In this document: positions 22,618 through 31,612 of the stretch, piece after piece
Layout: each line of letters begins with the position of its first letter
Numbering within the stretch: position 1 is the first letter of the stretch
DNA from: an uncultured Gemmatimonadales bacterium
GTDB taxonomy: Bacteria; Gemmatimonadota; Gemmatimonadetes; Longimicrobiales; RSA9
DNA: 64,000 bases
Assembly: GCA_963783305.1 (NCBI GenBank)
Contig: CAWAMW010000016.1
Span: 352,001 to 416,000 of the forward strand
Direction: 5' to 3'
Position numbers and translations under genes: made by a program
Notes under the pieces: generated by a model
Database searches by the model: none
What the model was told of the DNA's origin: nothing
What the model saw: the letters and a program-made list of their open reading frames with translations, nothing else

Positions 22618-22958
22618 CGGTGCCGGAGCTCCGATTCGGGCCAGAGCACCACTTCAGGGTCGCTCTCGTGTTGCTTGCCGGCGCTGTCCGTGCAGGTGAC
22701 ATCGTACGGATAATGCTTGTTCGTCTCATCTTCGTTCTTCTTCAGCGTCCCTCCATCTGCGCCGTTCGTTCCTTCGAAGTGGGTCTTTCCGTCCGTGAAG
22801 GGGGAGCCCTGGGTGAACGTCACGGTCCAGCTCTGGTGGTTATTCTGTGGATGGCACTTCCACTTGAGGGTGCCGCCGCCCTTGCCACCATGGCTGTGGT
22901 TGACATTTCCTTCGACGGTGACGTTTCCCGCGGGGTCGAGGTCGATTTTCAGGATCAT
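22614..22958 (-). CDS. Small beta-rich hypothetical protein with C-terminal SDPEVV motif
   Basis: 114-aa ORF with RBS GGAGG and protein-like composition; 4-bp convergent overlap with the kinase stop. Confidence 0.7.
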   Translation of the reverse strand: MILKIDLDPAGNVTVEGNVNHSHGGKGGGTLKWKCHPQNNHQSWTVTFTQGSPFTDGKTHFEGTNGADGGTLKKNEDETNKHYPYDVTCTDSAGKQHESDPEVVLWPESELRHR

Positions 22959-23198
22959 GGTGTTGCCTCCGGTCATGGGGGAGAGAGGAAGTAGGGGAGG
23001 CCCGAGGGCTTTTCATAGTACGACGGGCTGTCCTGTCCTTTCAAGAACCATAACGGCGCGTCGATCGCAGAGAGCCGGGCAACCTCTCGCGTTACGGCCG
23101 AGATCCACCAATCTTTACAGGGCACCGCCCTCCCCCCCGCTCACGGCGGGGCGTGTGCCGAACGCTGCCGCCTTTCCTGCTCGACCATGCGAGGTCCA

Positions 23199-24695
23199 AT
23201 GAACGAACCTGGCTCCAGCATCAGGACCACCGCTGACGTCAGCACCCCCCACCCTCGGGGCACGGCCGGGGACTCGCAGCAGCGACTCGCCGCTTCCATC
23301 GCGCGGCAGGTGCAGCATGATCTGCCGGCGCCCGATTCTTCCCAGGAGGTTGCGGGCTCCGTCACGGCTGCGCTGCTGGAGGAGGGATTGAACAACGAGC
23401 TCACCCTCGGCTACGTCCGGCTCGGCGGGCTCATCGCCCTCACGGTGCTGTGCATCGCCGGATACCTTCAGCCGGACCTCATGGGCGCCCAGGATTTCCC
23501 CCTCCTCGCGCCCGTCGCAGCCTTCCTGGCCACCCTGCTGGCAGCGGGGTTCCTGCTACTGCTGAAGCGCGGGCGGTACATGACCCGCTTCCGCCGCTGG
23601 GTACCCGTCGCCGACGCCGCGATCGTAGCCCTGGGAATCGCACTTCTCTACGTAGAGCCGGGACTGCGTACCACCGCGGCCCGACCCGGGCTTGCCGCGC
23701 TCGGCGCGGGCGCCTGCCTCTTCCTTACGTTCTCGGGGGCCATGCGTCTGTCGCGCAGGGCGCAGCGCATGGCTGCCCTGCTCGCGGTCGTCGACTGGGC
23801 GCTGCTGGCCTGGGTGCTCGCTGTCCGGCCGGTCCCCGCGACCGCTGTGGCCGTGATCCTCGTGGTTCTCGCGATCTACGGGGCGCGCCTGACTCTCGTT
23901 ATGCGCCAGGTGATCGCGTTCGAGGTGGAGCGGCAGCGGCTCGGGAACATGTATCAAGCCGCACGGTCGGCGGTCGAGGCGCGCGAGGAAGTGCTGCGCA
24001 TGGTCGCCCACGACCTGCGCAACCCGCTCTCCACCATTGCGATGACGGCAGAACTGATGATCGAGATGCCCGTCACCGAGGAGCAGCGCAAGAAACACTC
24101 GCGGACCATCGCGCGCTGCGGGAAGGCCATGAATCGGTTGATCCAGGACCTGCTGGATTTCGCGCGTCTCGAAGCCGGCCGAATGCAGGTCGAGCCTGTG
24201 CCCACGCGTGTGGCTGAGCTGTTCGAGCGGGTGATCGAGTTGATGCACCCCATCGCGGCCGCCGCCGATGTGCAGTTGTCGATCGCGGGGGGCGCGGATA
24301 TGCCGGTGGTCAGTGTGGACCCGGAGCGGATCACAAGGGTTTTCTCGAACCTGATCGGCAACGCCGTGAAGTTCACGCCCGTCGGCGGCCGGATCAGCGT
24401 CCGGGCCCAGCGCATGGCCGATCAGGTCCGCTTCACCGTGGCCGACACGGGTCCCGGGATCCCGCCTGAGCGCGTATCACAGATCTTCGAGAGCTTCTGG
24501 CAGGCCGGGAACGACGATCGTGGGATCGGTCTCGGCCTGGCCATTTCCCGTCATATTATCGACGCCCACGGCGGACGCATCGGCGTAGAGAGCGACCTGG
24601 GCGGCGGCTCCGAGTTCTGGTTTACGGTCCCGGCCGCGGAGACGCCGGGGCGGTCGGAGGCCGCGACGGAGAGCGCGACGAAGGGCGGATGCTGA
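23199..24695 (+). CDS. Multi-TM sensor histidine kinase
   Basis: About six TM helices, then VAHDLRNPL, NAVKF, DTGPGI, GIGLGL. Confidence 0.9.
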   Translation: MNEPGSSIRTTADVSTPHPRGTAGDSQQRLAASIARQVQHDLPAPDSSQEVAGSVTAALLEEGLNNELTLGYVRLGGLIALTVLCIAGYLQPDLMGAQDFPLLAPVAAFLATLLAAGFLLLLKRGRYMTRFRRWVPVADAAIVALGIALLYVEPGLRTTAARPGLAALGAGACLFLTFSGAMRLSRRAQRMAALLAVVDWALLAWVLAVRPVPATAVAVILVVLAIYGARLTLVMRQVIAFEVERQRLGNMYQAARSAVEAREEVLRMVAHDLRNPLSTIAMTAELMIEMPVTEEQRKKHSRTIARCGKAMNRLIQDLLDFARLEAGRMQVEPVPTRVAELFERVIELMHPIAAAADVQLSIAGGADMPVVSVDPERITRVFSNLIGNAVKFTPVGGRISVRAQRMADQVRFTVADTGPGIPPERVSQIFESFWQAGNDDRGIGLGLAISRHIIDAHGGRIGVESDLGGGSEFWFTVPAAETPGRSEAATESATKGGC

Positions 24696-25614
24696 GCTCG
24701 AACAGTTCCGGCCGCTGGTAGTGACCCGCCACATCCAGCGTCATGGCCTCCTCGGTGTTCCGCCGGTAGTCCAGCTCCGCCACCAGGATGCCCGGCTCTT
24801 CGTACAGAGGCCCCGCCAGGTAGGAGCCATCCGGAGCGATGATGGCGCTTCCTCCGGCCAGGAGCCATTGATCAGGGGAAGTGACCTTCTCCGGACTCGC
24901 CTCGAGGGCGGCCGGGAGCGCTGAGGCCCGCATCAGCTGACCGGCGGCGATGACGTGACAGCGCGCTTCGAAGGCGTAGCATCGGCTCGCCTCCTGATGC
25001 ATGCCGTTCACACCCACTACCGCGGACCAGACCGCCACATGCACGTCCTCCCCGGCGTCATGCAGCGCCTGCCGCGCCAGCGGGTTCCAGTGCTCCCAGC
25101 AGATCAGCCCGCCCACGCGGCCCGCCGGCGAGTCCACGGGCCGGAGCCCCGCCGTGTCGCCCGGGCCCCAGAGCAGGCGCTCGGTATAGGTCGGCGTCAA
25201 TTTCCGGTGATGGTTCAGCAGGCCGCCATCCGGACCGTAGGTCAGGAGCGCATTGTACAGCGTCGCGCGTCCCGGCCCCGCCAGAACCCGCTCGCTCACC
25301 CCCACCACAAGAGTGATCTCCAGATCGCGGGCGATCGCCGACAGCGCCGCTCCCGACTCACCCGCCACCACGACGCTGTTCTCCACCAGCGCCGCGTACT
25401 CCGCCTTCACCGGTGCGTGATCCCAGAGCCCCGTGTCCCGGCAGTAGTCCATCCACGCCGGGTACCCCGGCAGCCAGGTCTCCGGGAACACGACGAGCGC
25501 GGCTCCCTCCTTCACCGCCGATTCCGCCAGCTCCCGCGTTCGTGACAGGCCCTCCGCCAGCCGCCCTGGCTGTTCCGCCTGCACCACCGCGGCTCGCACC
25601 CCCCGCTCAGCCAT
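24622..25614 (-). CDS. Carbon-nitrogen hydrolase (nitrilase family)
   Basis: Catalytic E-K-C triad: FPETWLPGYP, HHRKLTPTYTER, ICWEH; C-terminal DVAGHYQRPELF. Confidence 0.92.
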   Translation of the reverse strand: MAERGVRAAVVQAEQPGRLAEGLSRTRELAESAVKEGAALVVFPETWLPGYPAWMDYCRDTGLWDHAPVKAEYAALVENSVVVAGESGAALSAIARDLEITLVVGVSERVLAGPGRATLYNALLTYGPDGGLLNHHRKLTPTYTERLLWGPGDTAGLRPVDSPAGRVGGLICWEHWNPLARQALHDAGEDVHVAVWSAVVGVNGMHQEASRCYAFEARCHVIAAGQLMRASALPAALEASPEKVTSPDQWLLAGGSAIIAPDGSYLAGPLYEEPGILVAELDYRRNTEEAMTLDVAGHYQRPELFELSIRPSSRSPSRPPTAPASPRPGP

Positions 25615-25664
25615 TTCGATCTCCCGATTGTTCGACGCTACGCTCGATGCTCGATCATCGCGGT

Positions 25665-26033
25665 TCATCGCTGCAGGAACTCCACGTGGTACGCCCCGAA
25701 CCCGACCTCGTCGTCGTCCCCGTATGAATGGGCCCGCGCCCACCGCGCCAGCGCCCGCGCGATCATCTCGGGCTGGTCGTTCGGCAGTCCGTCGTCCACG
25801 AGCAGAACGCCGCGATGCGGGAGCCCCGCGTGGTAGAACTCCCGCGTCCAGTGCAGGTAGTCCGCCCGGTTCCGCGTCACCAGGATACGGTCCTGCTCCG
25901 CGGCGAACTCGAGCTGCTCCCGGTCGCTCCGACCCCGACGCCGGAGCTCCACCACGCTCACCACGTCCACGTCCTGCTCCCACGCGGATTCCGCCGCGGC
26001 GGGATGGATGTTCTCATCCAGCAGGAACCTCAT
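25665..26033 (-). CDS. DUF5615 family PIN-like protein (VapC45-like putative toxin)
   Basis: MRFLLDENI...SDREQLEFAAEQDRILVTRNRADY...HRGV. Confidence 0.85.
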   Translation of the reverse strand: MRFLLDENIHPAAAESAWEQDVDVVSVVELRRRGRSDREQLEFAAEQDRILVTRNRADYLHWTREFYHAGLPHRGVLLVDDGLPNDQPEMIARALARWARAHSYGDDDEVGFGAYHVEFLQR

Positions 26034-26040
26034 GGCCGCC

Positions 26041-26463
26041 TCATGTCCTGGCGCGCGTGAACGGCAGCTCGCTTTGCACCCGCTCCTGCGTCAGCCGCGC
26101 CTCCCGCTCCAGCCGCGCGTCCACTTCCTCACCGTACAGCTCGTAGTAGCTCAGGGCCGCCCGCAGCTGCGGCTCCGTCAACCCGTCGTAGGCCGCCCGC
26201 AGACGGTCGTAGTTGCGCGCGACCTCCTTCCACGTCGCCACCACCTCCCACACCTCCAGCCCGCTTCCCGCCACCACCGGACGACGCCCCGTGGCACCAT
26301 CCACGAACACGATCCCCGGCGCCCGGCGCGCCCGGATCGCCTCGTCCAGCAGCTCCACCACCATCGTGGACCACTCCTTCACGTCCCGTCGCTCCATCTC
26401 CCGCTCGATCGATTCCTGCAGGGGGGCGGGGACACGGATCCCGCGTGCGGCCGATTTCGGCAT
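26041..26463 (-). CDS. DUF433 domain protein with N-terminal RHH-like segment (VapB45-like putative antitoxin)
   Basis: PGIVFVDGATGRRPVVAGSGLEVWEVV...LTEPQLRAALSYYELY.EEVD; directly upstream of the PIN gene. Confidence 0.85.
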   Translation of the reverse strand: MPKSAARGIRVPAPLQESIEREMERRDVKEWSTMVVELLDEAIRARRAPGIVFVDGATGRRPVVAGSGLEVWEVVATWKEVARNYDRLRAAYDGLTEPQLRAALSYYELYGEEVDARLEREARLTQERVQSELPFTRART

Positions 26464-26579
26464 CCAAGGTCCTGGTCGGGGTCGTCACTGCTCAGTTCCG
26501 GGAGGGCTCGGTGCACGGGGTGCACCCGCCCTCGCTACGATGCTGATGGTGGGGGGGCTTGGCAAGCCCGAGGGTCGAT

Positions 26580-26812
26580 CCCTGCGGCCGCTTCGCGACC
26601 TGCGGGACCCGCTGGCGCGGGGGTCGATCGCCGCGCGGAGCGCGGCGTCGAACGGATGGCCAGAGTCCGGCCGGTCCGCGTTTCCGCCGGGCGCTTCCGT
26701 ACGCAGGCGGAAACCGGAGCGCAGCGGAGATCGACAAGCGAGGCCGGAGGCCGACGCGATCGACCAGCGCGCGCTGCGCGCGGTCGACCAGCGCGCGGAG
26801 CGCCGTGCTCGA
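26580..26812. repeat. Intergenic cluster of short GNA-loop hairpins (REP-like)
   Basis: GCCGCGC-GGA-GCGCGGC (26630-26646), GC-GCA-GC, GCGAGGCC-GGA-GGCCGACGC (26738-26757), GCGC-GGA-GCGC, joined by TCGAC(C/A)A linkers. Confidence 0.5.
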
Positions 26813-26818
26813 CATCGA

Positions 26819-27553
26819 CTACCGCACGACGATCTCGAGCCCGTCATACGCCAGCTCCGCCACCACCCCCCGCTCCTCCGCCATGGCCCGCAGCTCCGCT
26901 CCGATCGTGCGCTCGTCTCCCTCCACGATCTCGCGACCGCAGTGGCTGATGATGGCGCGCGGAACGCACTCCTTCTGACACCAGGTCAGCTGCGTGCGCA
27001 CGGGCGCGTGACCGATGAGGGTGTCGCCGCGCTTGCGGACGAAGGACTGCGTCATGGTGGCCCCATCGCCGATATAGAGGGCACAGCCGGCGAGGGCGTC
27101 GGCGCGGTCGTTGATGTAGACGAGGTCGGGGCCGTACCACACCGTGACCCGACCCGCGCGGATCCGATAGCCCACTGCGGGCGCCCTGATGCTGTGCTCC
27201 ACCGGGAAGGCCTCGAAGGTGATGCCCCGGATCGTGAAGGGGACCCGCGGCTTCACCTCCCGCCGGTCCTCGGAAGGAATGGCGTACCCTGCCATGTCCT
27301 CCCAGGCGACCCCGGTGGCCCAGACCGGCGCGGGCGACCCGTCCTCCAGACCCCAGGCGTGGTCCGGGTGGGCGTGCGTGATCACCAGCCCGTGCGGCCG
27401 CGGCCTGACCTCATGCACCGCCTCCCGCCAGTCCGCTCCCGCGTCGATCATCACCCGACCGCCACGATACTCCACCAGCAGCGACGTGTGCATCTGGTGA
27501 CGACGCGTACGCGCGTCGATCTCACCGCGGGTGCCGAGGAAGGTGATTTTCAT
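26819..27553 (-). CDS. MBL-fold metallo-hydrolase
   Basis: MKITFLGT, IDAG, THAHPDH (HxHxDH), VEHS, SHCG, AYDG. Confidence 0.9.
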   Translation of the reverse strand: MKITFLGTRGEIDARTRRHQMHTSLLVEYRGGRVMIDAGADWREAVHEVRPRPHGLVITHAHPDHAWGLEDGSPAPVWATGVAWEDMAGYAIPSEDRREVKPRVPFTIRGITFEAFPVEHSIRAPAVGYRIRAGRVTVWYGPDLVYINDRADALAGCALYIGDGATMTQSFVRKRGDTLIGHAPVRTQLTWCQKECVPRAIISHCGREIVEGDERTIGAELRAMAEERGVVAELAYDGLEIVVR

Positions 27554-27564
27554 GGAAAATCAGT

Positions 27565-28047
27565 TCACGGTTCACGGTTCACGGTTGACGGGTCATCCCG
27601 GGATCTTGCCAGGTCACAGACGGGGAGCGCCGCCCCGCCCAGCAGCGCCACGAACAGCGAGAGGGGCGTGACGCTGATGGACGACCCCGCTGATGTCCAC
27701 GCCCCGACGAGTACGACGCACGCCGTCACGCCGGACAGCACGGCCACGAGCGCCGTGCGGAAGTCAGGGCGGACACGCCGTCTGGGAGCGGGCTGCGGTC
27801 TCGCCTCGTCGGACGGGGACAAAATGGTCGCCGTGTCGACAGCCGAATCGATCTCGTGCATGACGTGGTCCACGAAGCCTGCGGGCAGCGGATCCTCCGC
27901 CCCCAGCATTTCTCTTACACGTTCGAGGGAAGCGATCTCCGCTCTACACTCCGTGCAGGAGACGAGGTGGTCCAGGGTCTGGCCGGCCGGCTGATCGAGC
28001 GCCGAGAGCAGGTCGACCAGCCGGTCACGCGAGATACAATATGTCAT
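27565..28047 (-). CDS. Putative zinc-binding membrane anti-sigma factor
   Basis: HLVSCTEC (HxxxCxxC) plus two TM helices; ATGA overlap with the sigma-factor stop. Confidence 0.75.
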   Translation of the reverse strand: MTYCISRDRLVDLLSALDQPAGQTLDHLVSCTECRAEIASLERVREMLGAEDPLPAGFVDHVMHEIDSAVDTATILSPSDEARPQPAPRRRVRPDFRTALVAVLSGVTACVVLVGAWTSAGSSISVTPLSLFVALLGGAALPVCDLARSRDDPSTVNREP

Positions 28048-28574
28048 GAGTGCCAATCCTCCAGTAGTGGTCGCAGGGCCGCAAGCCCGCGGGCCAACGA
28101 CGACTTGATCGTTCCTTCGGCCACGCCCAGCCGCTCTGCGCACTTTTTCGTGCTCAAACCCTCCACCACCCTCAGAATGACGACGTCTCGCTGGCGGTCC
28201 GAAAGCTCGCCCAGAGCTTCGGCCAGGCGCCGACGCGCCAGCGGATCAGCGGCCGAGACATGGGAGTGGTCTTCCGGTTGCGCCAAAGCATGTTGGGCCA
28301 GGAGCCGCTCCCTGCGTTCCGCGGTGCGATGGGTCGAGAGGAAGTGGGACCTGCAGATTGCGGTAAGCCACGACAGGAGTGGCGAGCGACCCCGGAACGT
28401 TTCGCGCTGCCGGTACGCGGCGATCCACGTCTCCTGCACCAGGTCCTGCGCATCCTGCGCGTCGCTGCATAGCCAGGTCGCGTAACGGAGAAGGCGAGGA
28501 GATTCGCCCTGCACCAGGTCGTGGAACAGAGCCCGGTCTCCGGCGTGAAACCGTCGCAGCTCTGCTGGGTTCAC
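28044..28574 (-). CDS. ECF RNA polymerase sigma factor
   Basis: GD..LF, DAQDLVQETW, SWLTAI, LSDRQRDVVILR..EGLS...GTIKSSLARG. Confidence 0.92.
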   Translation of the reverse strand: MNPAELRRFHAGDRALFHDLVQGESPRLLRYATWLCSDAQDAQDLVQETWIAAYRQRETFRGRSPLLSWLTAICRSHFLSTHRTAERRERLLAQHALAQPEDHSHVSAADPLARRRLAEALGELSDRQRDVVILRVVEGLSTKKCAERLGVAEGTIKSSLARGLAALRPLLEDWHS

Positions 28575-28900
28575 CGTGGTGGCTCAGGAGCGAGCGACCC
28601 TCGCGGCTCGTCCGCCGGCCCCACGGCGGCTCCACTCCACGTGAGCGTCAGCAGGATCACGAGCGGGAGAACGAGGAATCCCACGTACACCAGCGGGACC
28701 GACCCGAGCTCCGCGGTGACCGCGATTCTCCATGCGCCGATCTGCGCCGCGTACACGGCAGCCACGGTCCCGGCGGCCATTGGCCAGGCAGCCCGACGGC
28801 GGCCTGTTCCCCCGAACCGGCGGCTGCCCTTCCCGATCAACAGGCCCAGCGGCAGCATGATGGCTGAGAGAAGCGCGAAGGCCACCGTCGAGTGCATCAT
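28571..28900 (-). CDS. Small membrane protein (about three TM helices)
   Basis: Hydrophobic C-terminal part of ORF 28571..29770; its stop overlaps the sigma GTG start. Start uncertain. Confidence 0.55.
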   Translation of the reverse strand: MMHSTVAFALLSAIMLPLGLLIGKGSRRFGGTGRRRAAWPMAAGTVAAVYAAQIGAWRIAVTAELGSVPLVYVGFLVLPLVILLTLTWSGAAVGPADEPRGSLAPEPPR

Positions 28901-29145
28901 CGCCAGAATCGCTGCCCGGTCGGGGCGACCAGGATCCTGCGCGGCCAGCCGGCGCAGGTAGTCCAGTCGTTCGGTCGAAGAGCCGCGCCCAGCTCGGCCT
29001 GCCGCGGGTTCGTCGTGTCGAGGAGGCCCTGTGTGGCGTGGTGGACTCCCGACCAGGCGCGGCCGAAACCGGCCGGTCGATAGCGGCGCCCCAAGCGCCG
29101 CGGTCCATAGCGAGGCGAAGCCGAGCGTTCGTGCTCCTCCCGCCC

Positions 29146-29174
29146 TTGACTTCGGTTTTTGTTCGGTGCATCCT
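29146..29174 (+). promoter_or_regulatory. imuA promoter with overlapping TTCGG-N6-TTCGG direct repeat (candidate SOS box)
   Basis: TTGACT (29146-29151), 17 bp, CATCCT (29169-29174); CTTCGGTTTTTGTTCGG at 29150-29166. Confidence 0.6.
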
Positions 29175-29220
29175 ACGGGCCCTCGACATGGGAACCTCGT
29201 GGTCTGGAGGAAGGAGTGGA

Positions 29221-29964
29221 GTGGGGGCGTTACCGGCGGAAGTACTGGAGCTGCGGAAGCAGCTGGAGCGGCGGTTTCCGGATGCTCAGCCGGTCCGTCA
29301 GGGGACGACGGGGGCGGTGGGCACGGGTGTGTCGGCGCTGGACGCGGTGTTGCCGGCGGGGGGTTTGCCGCGGGGTCGTGTGACGCTGTGGCGGCCTGGG
29401 GGTGGAGCCACGGCGGTGCTGCGCTCGGCGTGCGCGGCGGTGGTGGAGGGTGGGGAGCGGGCGGCGTGGGTGGATGGTGCGGGGGCGGTGGCGGGGTCGT
29501 ACTGGGAATCGCTGGTGGCGCTGCGGGGTCCTGGAGGGGCGGTAATGGACGGGCCGCTGCTGTTTCGGCCGGGTGTGGAGCTGGCGCCGGTGGTGGCGGA
29601 GGAGCTTTTACGGTCGGGCGGGTTCGCCCTCGTCGTCCTGACGGGAGGAGGTGCGGGGTTGGGGGACGGCGGGGGTGTCCGCCTGGGTCGTGGGGCGCGG
29701 GAAGGGGGTGCGGCGTTCGTGGCGGTGGCGGAATCGGCGGCGGTGTCGCACCTGCGGGCGCGGTCGTCATTCGACCCCACGGGCTTCACCTGGCGACGGG
29801 GCCCGTTCGACGAGCCGGTGGCGTTGGAGTCGGTGGCGGTGCGAGTGCGTGTGCAATCGATGGGACTGGACCGGAAGGTCCGGTTCCGGCTTTCCGTGGA
29901 GCATCATGATGTACGTCTGTCTCTGGAGCCCCGACTGGTGGACCGCCGGGGCGTCCGGCGGTGA
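29221..29964 (+). CDS. imuA: ImuA-like RecA-superfamily mutasome protein
   Basis: TGVSALDAVLPAGGLPRGRVT, degenerate Walker A (PGGGATA), AAWVD, EELLRSGGFALVVL; lies directly upstream of an ImuB-like gene. Confidence 0.8.
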   Translation: MGALPAEVLELRKQLERRFPDAQPVRQGTTGAVGTGVSALDAVLPAGGLPRGRVTLWRPGGGATAVLRSACAAVVEGGERAAWVDGAGAVAGSYWESLVALRGPGGAVMDGPLLFRPGVELAPVVAEELLRSGGFALVVLTGGGAGLGDGGGVRLGRGAREGGAAFVAVAESAAVSHLRARSSFDPTGFTWRRGPFDEPVALESVAVRVRVQSMGLDRKVRFRLSVEHHDVRLSLEPRLVDRRGVRR

Positions 29965-31441
29965 GCGGGAGCTTGCGACTGGATCCGGTCCTCGGGAGGG
30001 GAATGCGAACGACCCCGAGCGAGGAGCTCCCGGCGTCGTGGCGTGCCTGACCCCCCTGGCGCCGCGGTTGCGGGTGGAGCGGGAGGTGATCTGGGTGGAT
30101 GGGCGCGGGCTGGATGCGGCCCCCCTGGCGGAGCGGTGCGTGGCGGCGTTGGCGGAGCGGGGTGTGGCGGTGCGGGCGGGTGTGGCGGGGGTGCCGGTGG
30201 CGGCGGATCTCGCGGCCCGCTGGGGCCTGCCGGATACGGATGGTGAGGGCCCCACGCCCTTCCTGGTGAAGGAGCGGACGGGTTGGGGGTGGCGTCGGAA
30301 TCGGGGGGCGCTCCCGGTCCCTGGCGGGAGCGGCGGCGGGAGCGGCGGGGCAGGGGAGGCGGCCGCGGAGGAGAGCAGGGAAGAGAGAGGTGTGGTTGTG
30401 GTGCCCGCAGGGGGCGAGCGATCGTGGCTCGCGAGTCTACCGGTTTCGGCGCTGTCGCCGTCCGACCGACTGCGGAGGCTGCTGGAGGGGGTGGGGGTCC
30501 GGACGGTGGGCGCGCTGGCGGAATTGGAGCGGGAGGCGGTGGAAGTGCGGTTCGGGGCGGCCGCGGTGGATCTCTGGCGAATGGCCCGGGGAGACGACCG
30601 CCGACTCCTCTTCGACCGGATCCCACCGGAGCGGCCCCACGGCTCCATGGAGTTCGTCGACTACGTGCTGACGGACCCATCGCGGCTCCTGTTCACCGCC
30701 AACGCGCTGCTGGGGCCTCTCTGCGATGACATGGTGACCCGGGGCGAGCACGCCCGTGCGCTCCGGCTCACGTTCCCGCTGGCCAATGGGGAGACGTGGG
30801 CCCGCACCATACGGCCGGCCCGCCCCACCGCCAGCCGCGACACCTGGCTTCGCCTGATCCGGGAGATCCTCGACCGACTCACCGTCCCCGATGCGGTGGC
30901 CGGCATGCGCATCGAGGTGGGGGACACCGAGGAGGCCGCCGTACGCCAGGGCGACCTCTTCGACCGTGGCTTTGCCACCGCTGCCGCTGTGGAGAGCGCC
31001 GTAGCACGTCTGGCCGAACGCCACCTCCACCCCCTCGCCCCTGAGACCACCGCCCACCCCAGGGTAGAGCGACGCAGCGGCTGGGTCCGTCGGGAGGCCA
31101 CCCCGATGGTCGACGCGGAGGGGGAGGGGGAGGGGGAGGGGGGGACCACCGAGAGGCGCGGAACCAGCGCCCTCGCCCTCCATCTCCTGCCATCCCCACG
31201 TCGCGTTGCCGTCGAGACCACACGACGTCGGGACCACGATATTCCCGTTCGGATCAGGGACACGCGTGGCTGGCGGGAAGTGGCAGTGGCCGCGGGTCCG
31301 GATCGGATCTCGGGCGGCCAGTGGGAGGCGTCGTCCTATGCTCGGGAATACTACCGCTGTGTCACCGAGGATGGCGTGCCGCTCTGGGTGTACCGGGATG
31401 CCCTCGAGGTCGGCTGGTATCTCCACGGCTGGTGGGATTGA
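29909..31441 (+). CDS. imuB: ImuB-like inactive Y-family polymerase accessory protein
   Basis: MYVCLWSPDW, LPVSAL...GVRTVGALA...RFG, clamp motif QGDLF, C-terminal GPDRISGGQW...REYY...W.Y...WYLHGWWD. Confidence 0.85.
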   Translation: MYVCLWSPDWWTAGASGGERELATGSGPREGNANDPERGAPGVVACLTPLAPRLRVEREVIWVDGRGLDAAPLAERCVAALAERGVAVRAGVAGVPVAADLAARWGLPDTDGEGPTPFLVKERTGWGWRRNRGALPVPGGSGGGSGGAGEAAAEESREERGVVVVPAGGERSWLASLPVSALSPSDRLRRLLEGVGVRTVGALAELEREAVEVRFGAAAVDLWRMARGDDRRLLFDRIPPERPHGSMEFVDYVLTDPSRLLFTANALLGPLCDDMVTRGEHARALRLTFPLANGETWARTIRPARPTASRDTWLRLIREILDRLTVPDAVAGMRIEVGDTEEAAVRQGDLFDRGFATAAAVESAVARLAERHLHPLAPETTAHPRVERRSGWVRREATPMVDAEGEGEGEGGTTERRGTSALALHLLPSPRRVAVETTRRRDHDIPVRIRDTRGWREVAVAAGPDRISGGQWEASSYAREYYRCVTEDGVPLWVYRDALEVGWYLHGWWD

Positions 31442-31612
31442 GCGCCCACGATCCTGAGGAGACCCGGATCCGACACCCTGAAACCGAGGTGCGGGCGCTG
31501 ACCCGGTCGGAGCCGCAGCGGAGTCGGGGTTTCTCGGCATCCCGGGGCACATATCCGGCGCGGCGACCCGGACTATCACACGAAAGGGCGATATCGTGCC
31601 GCGCCCGTTCGA

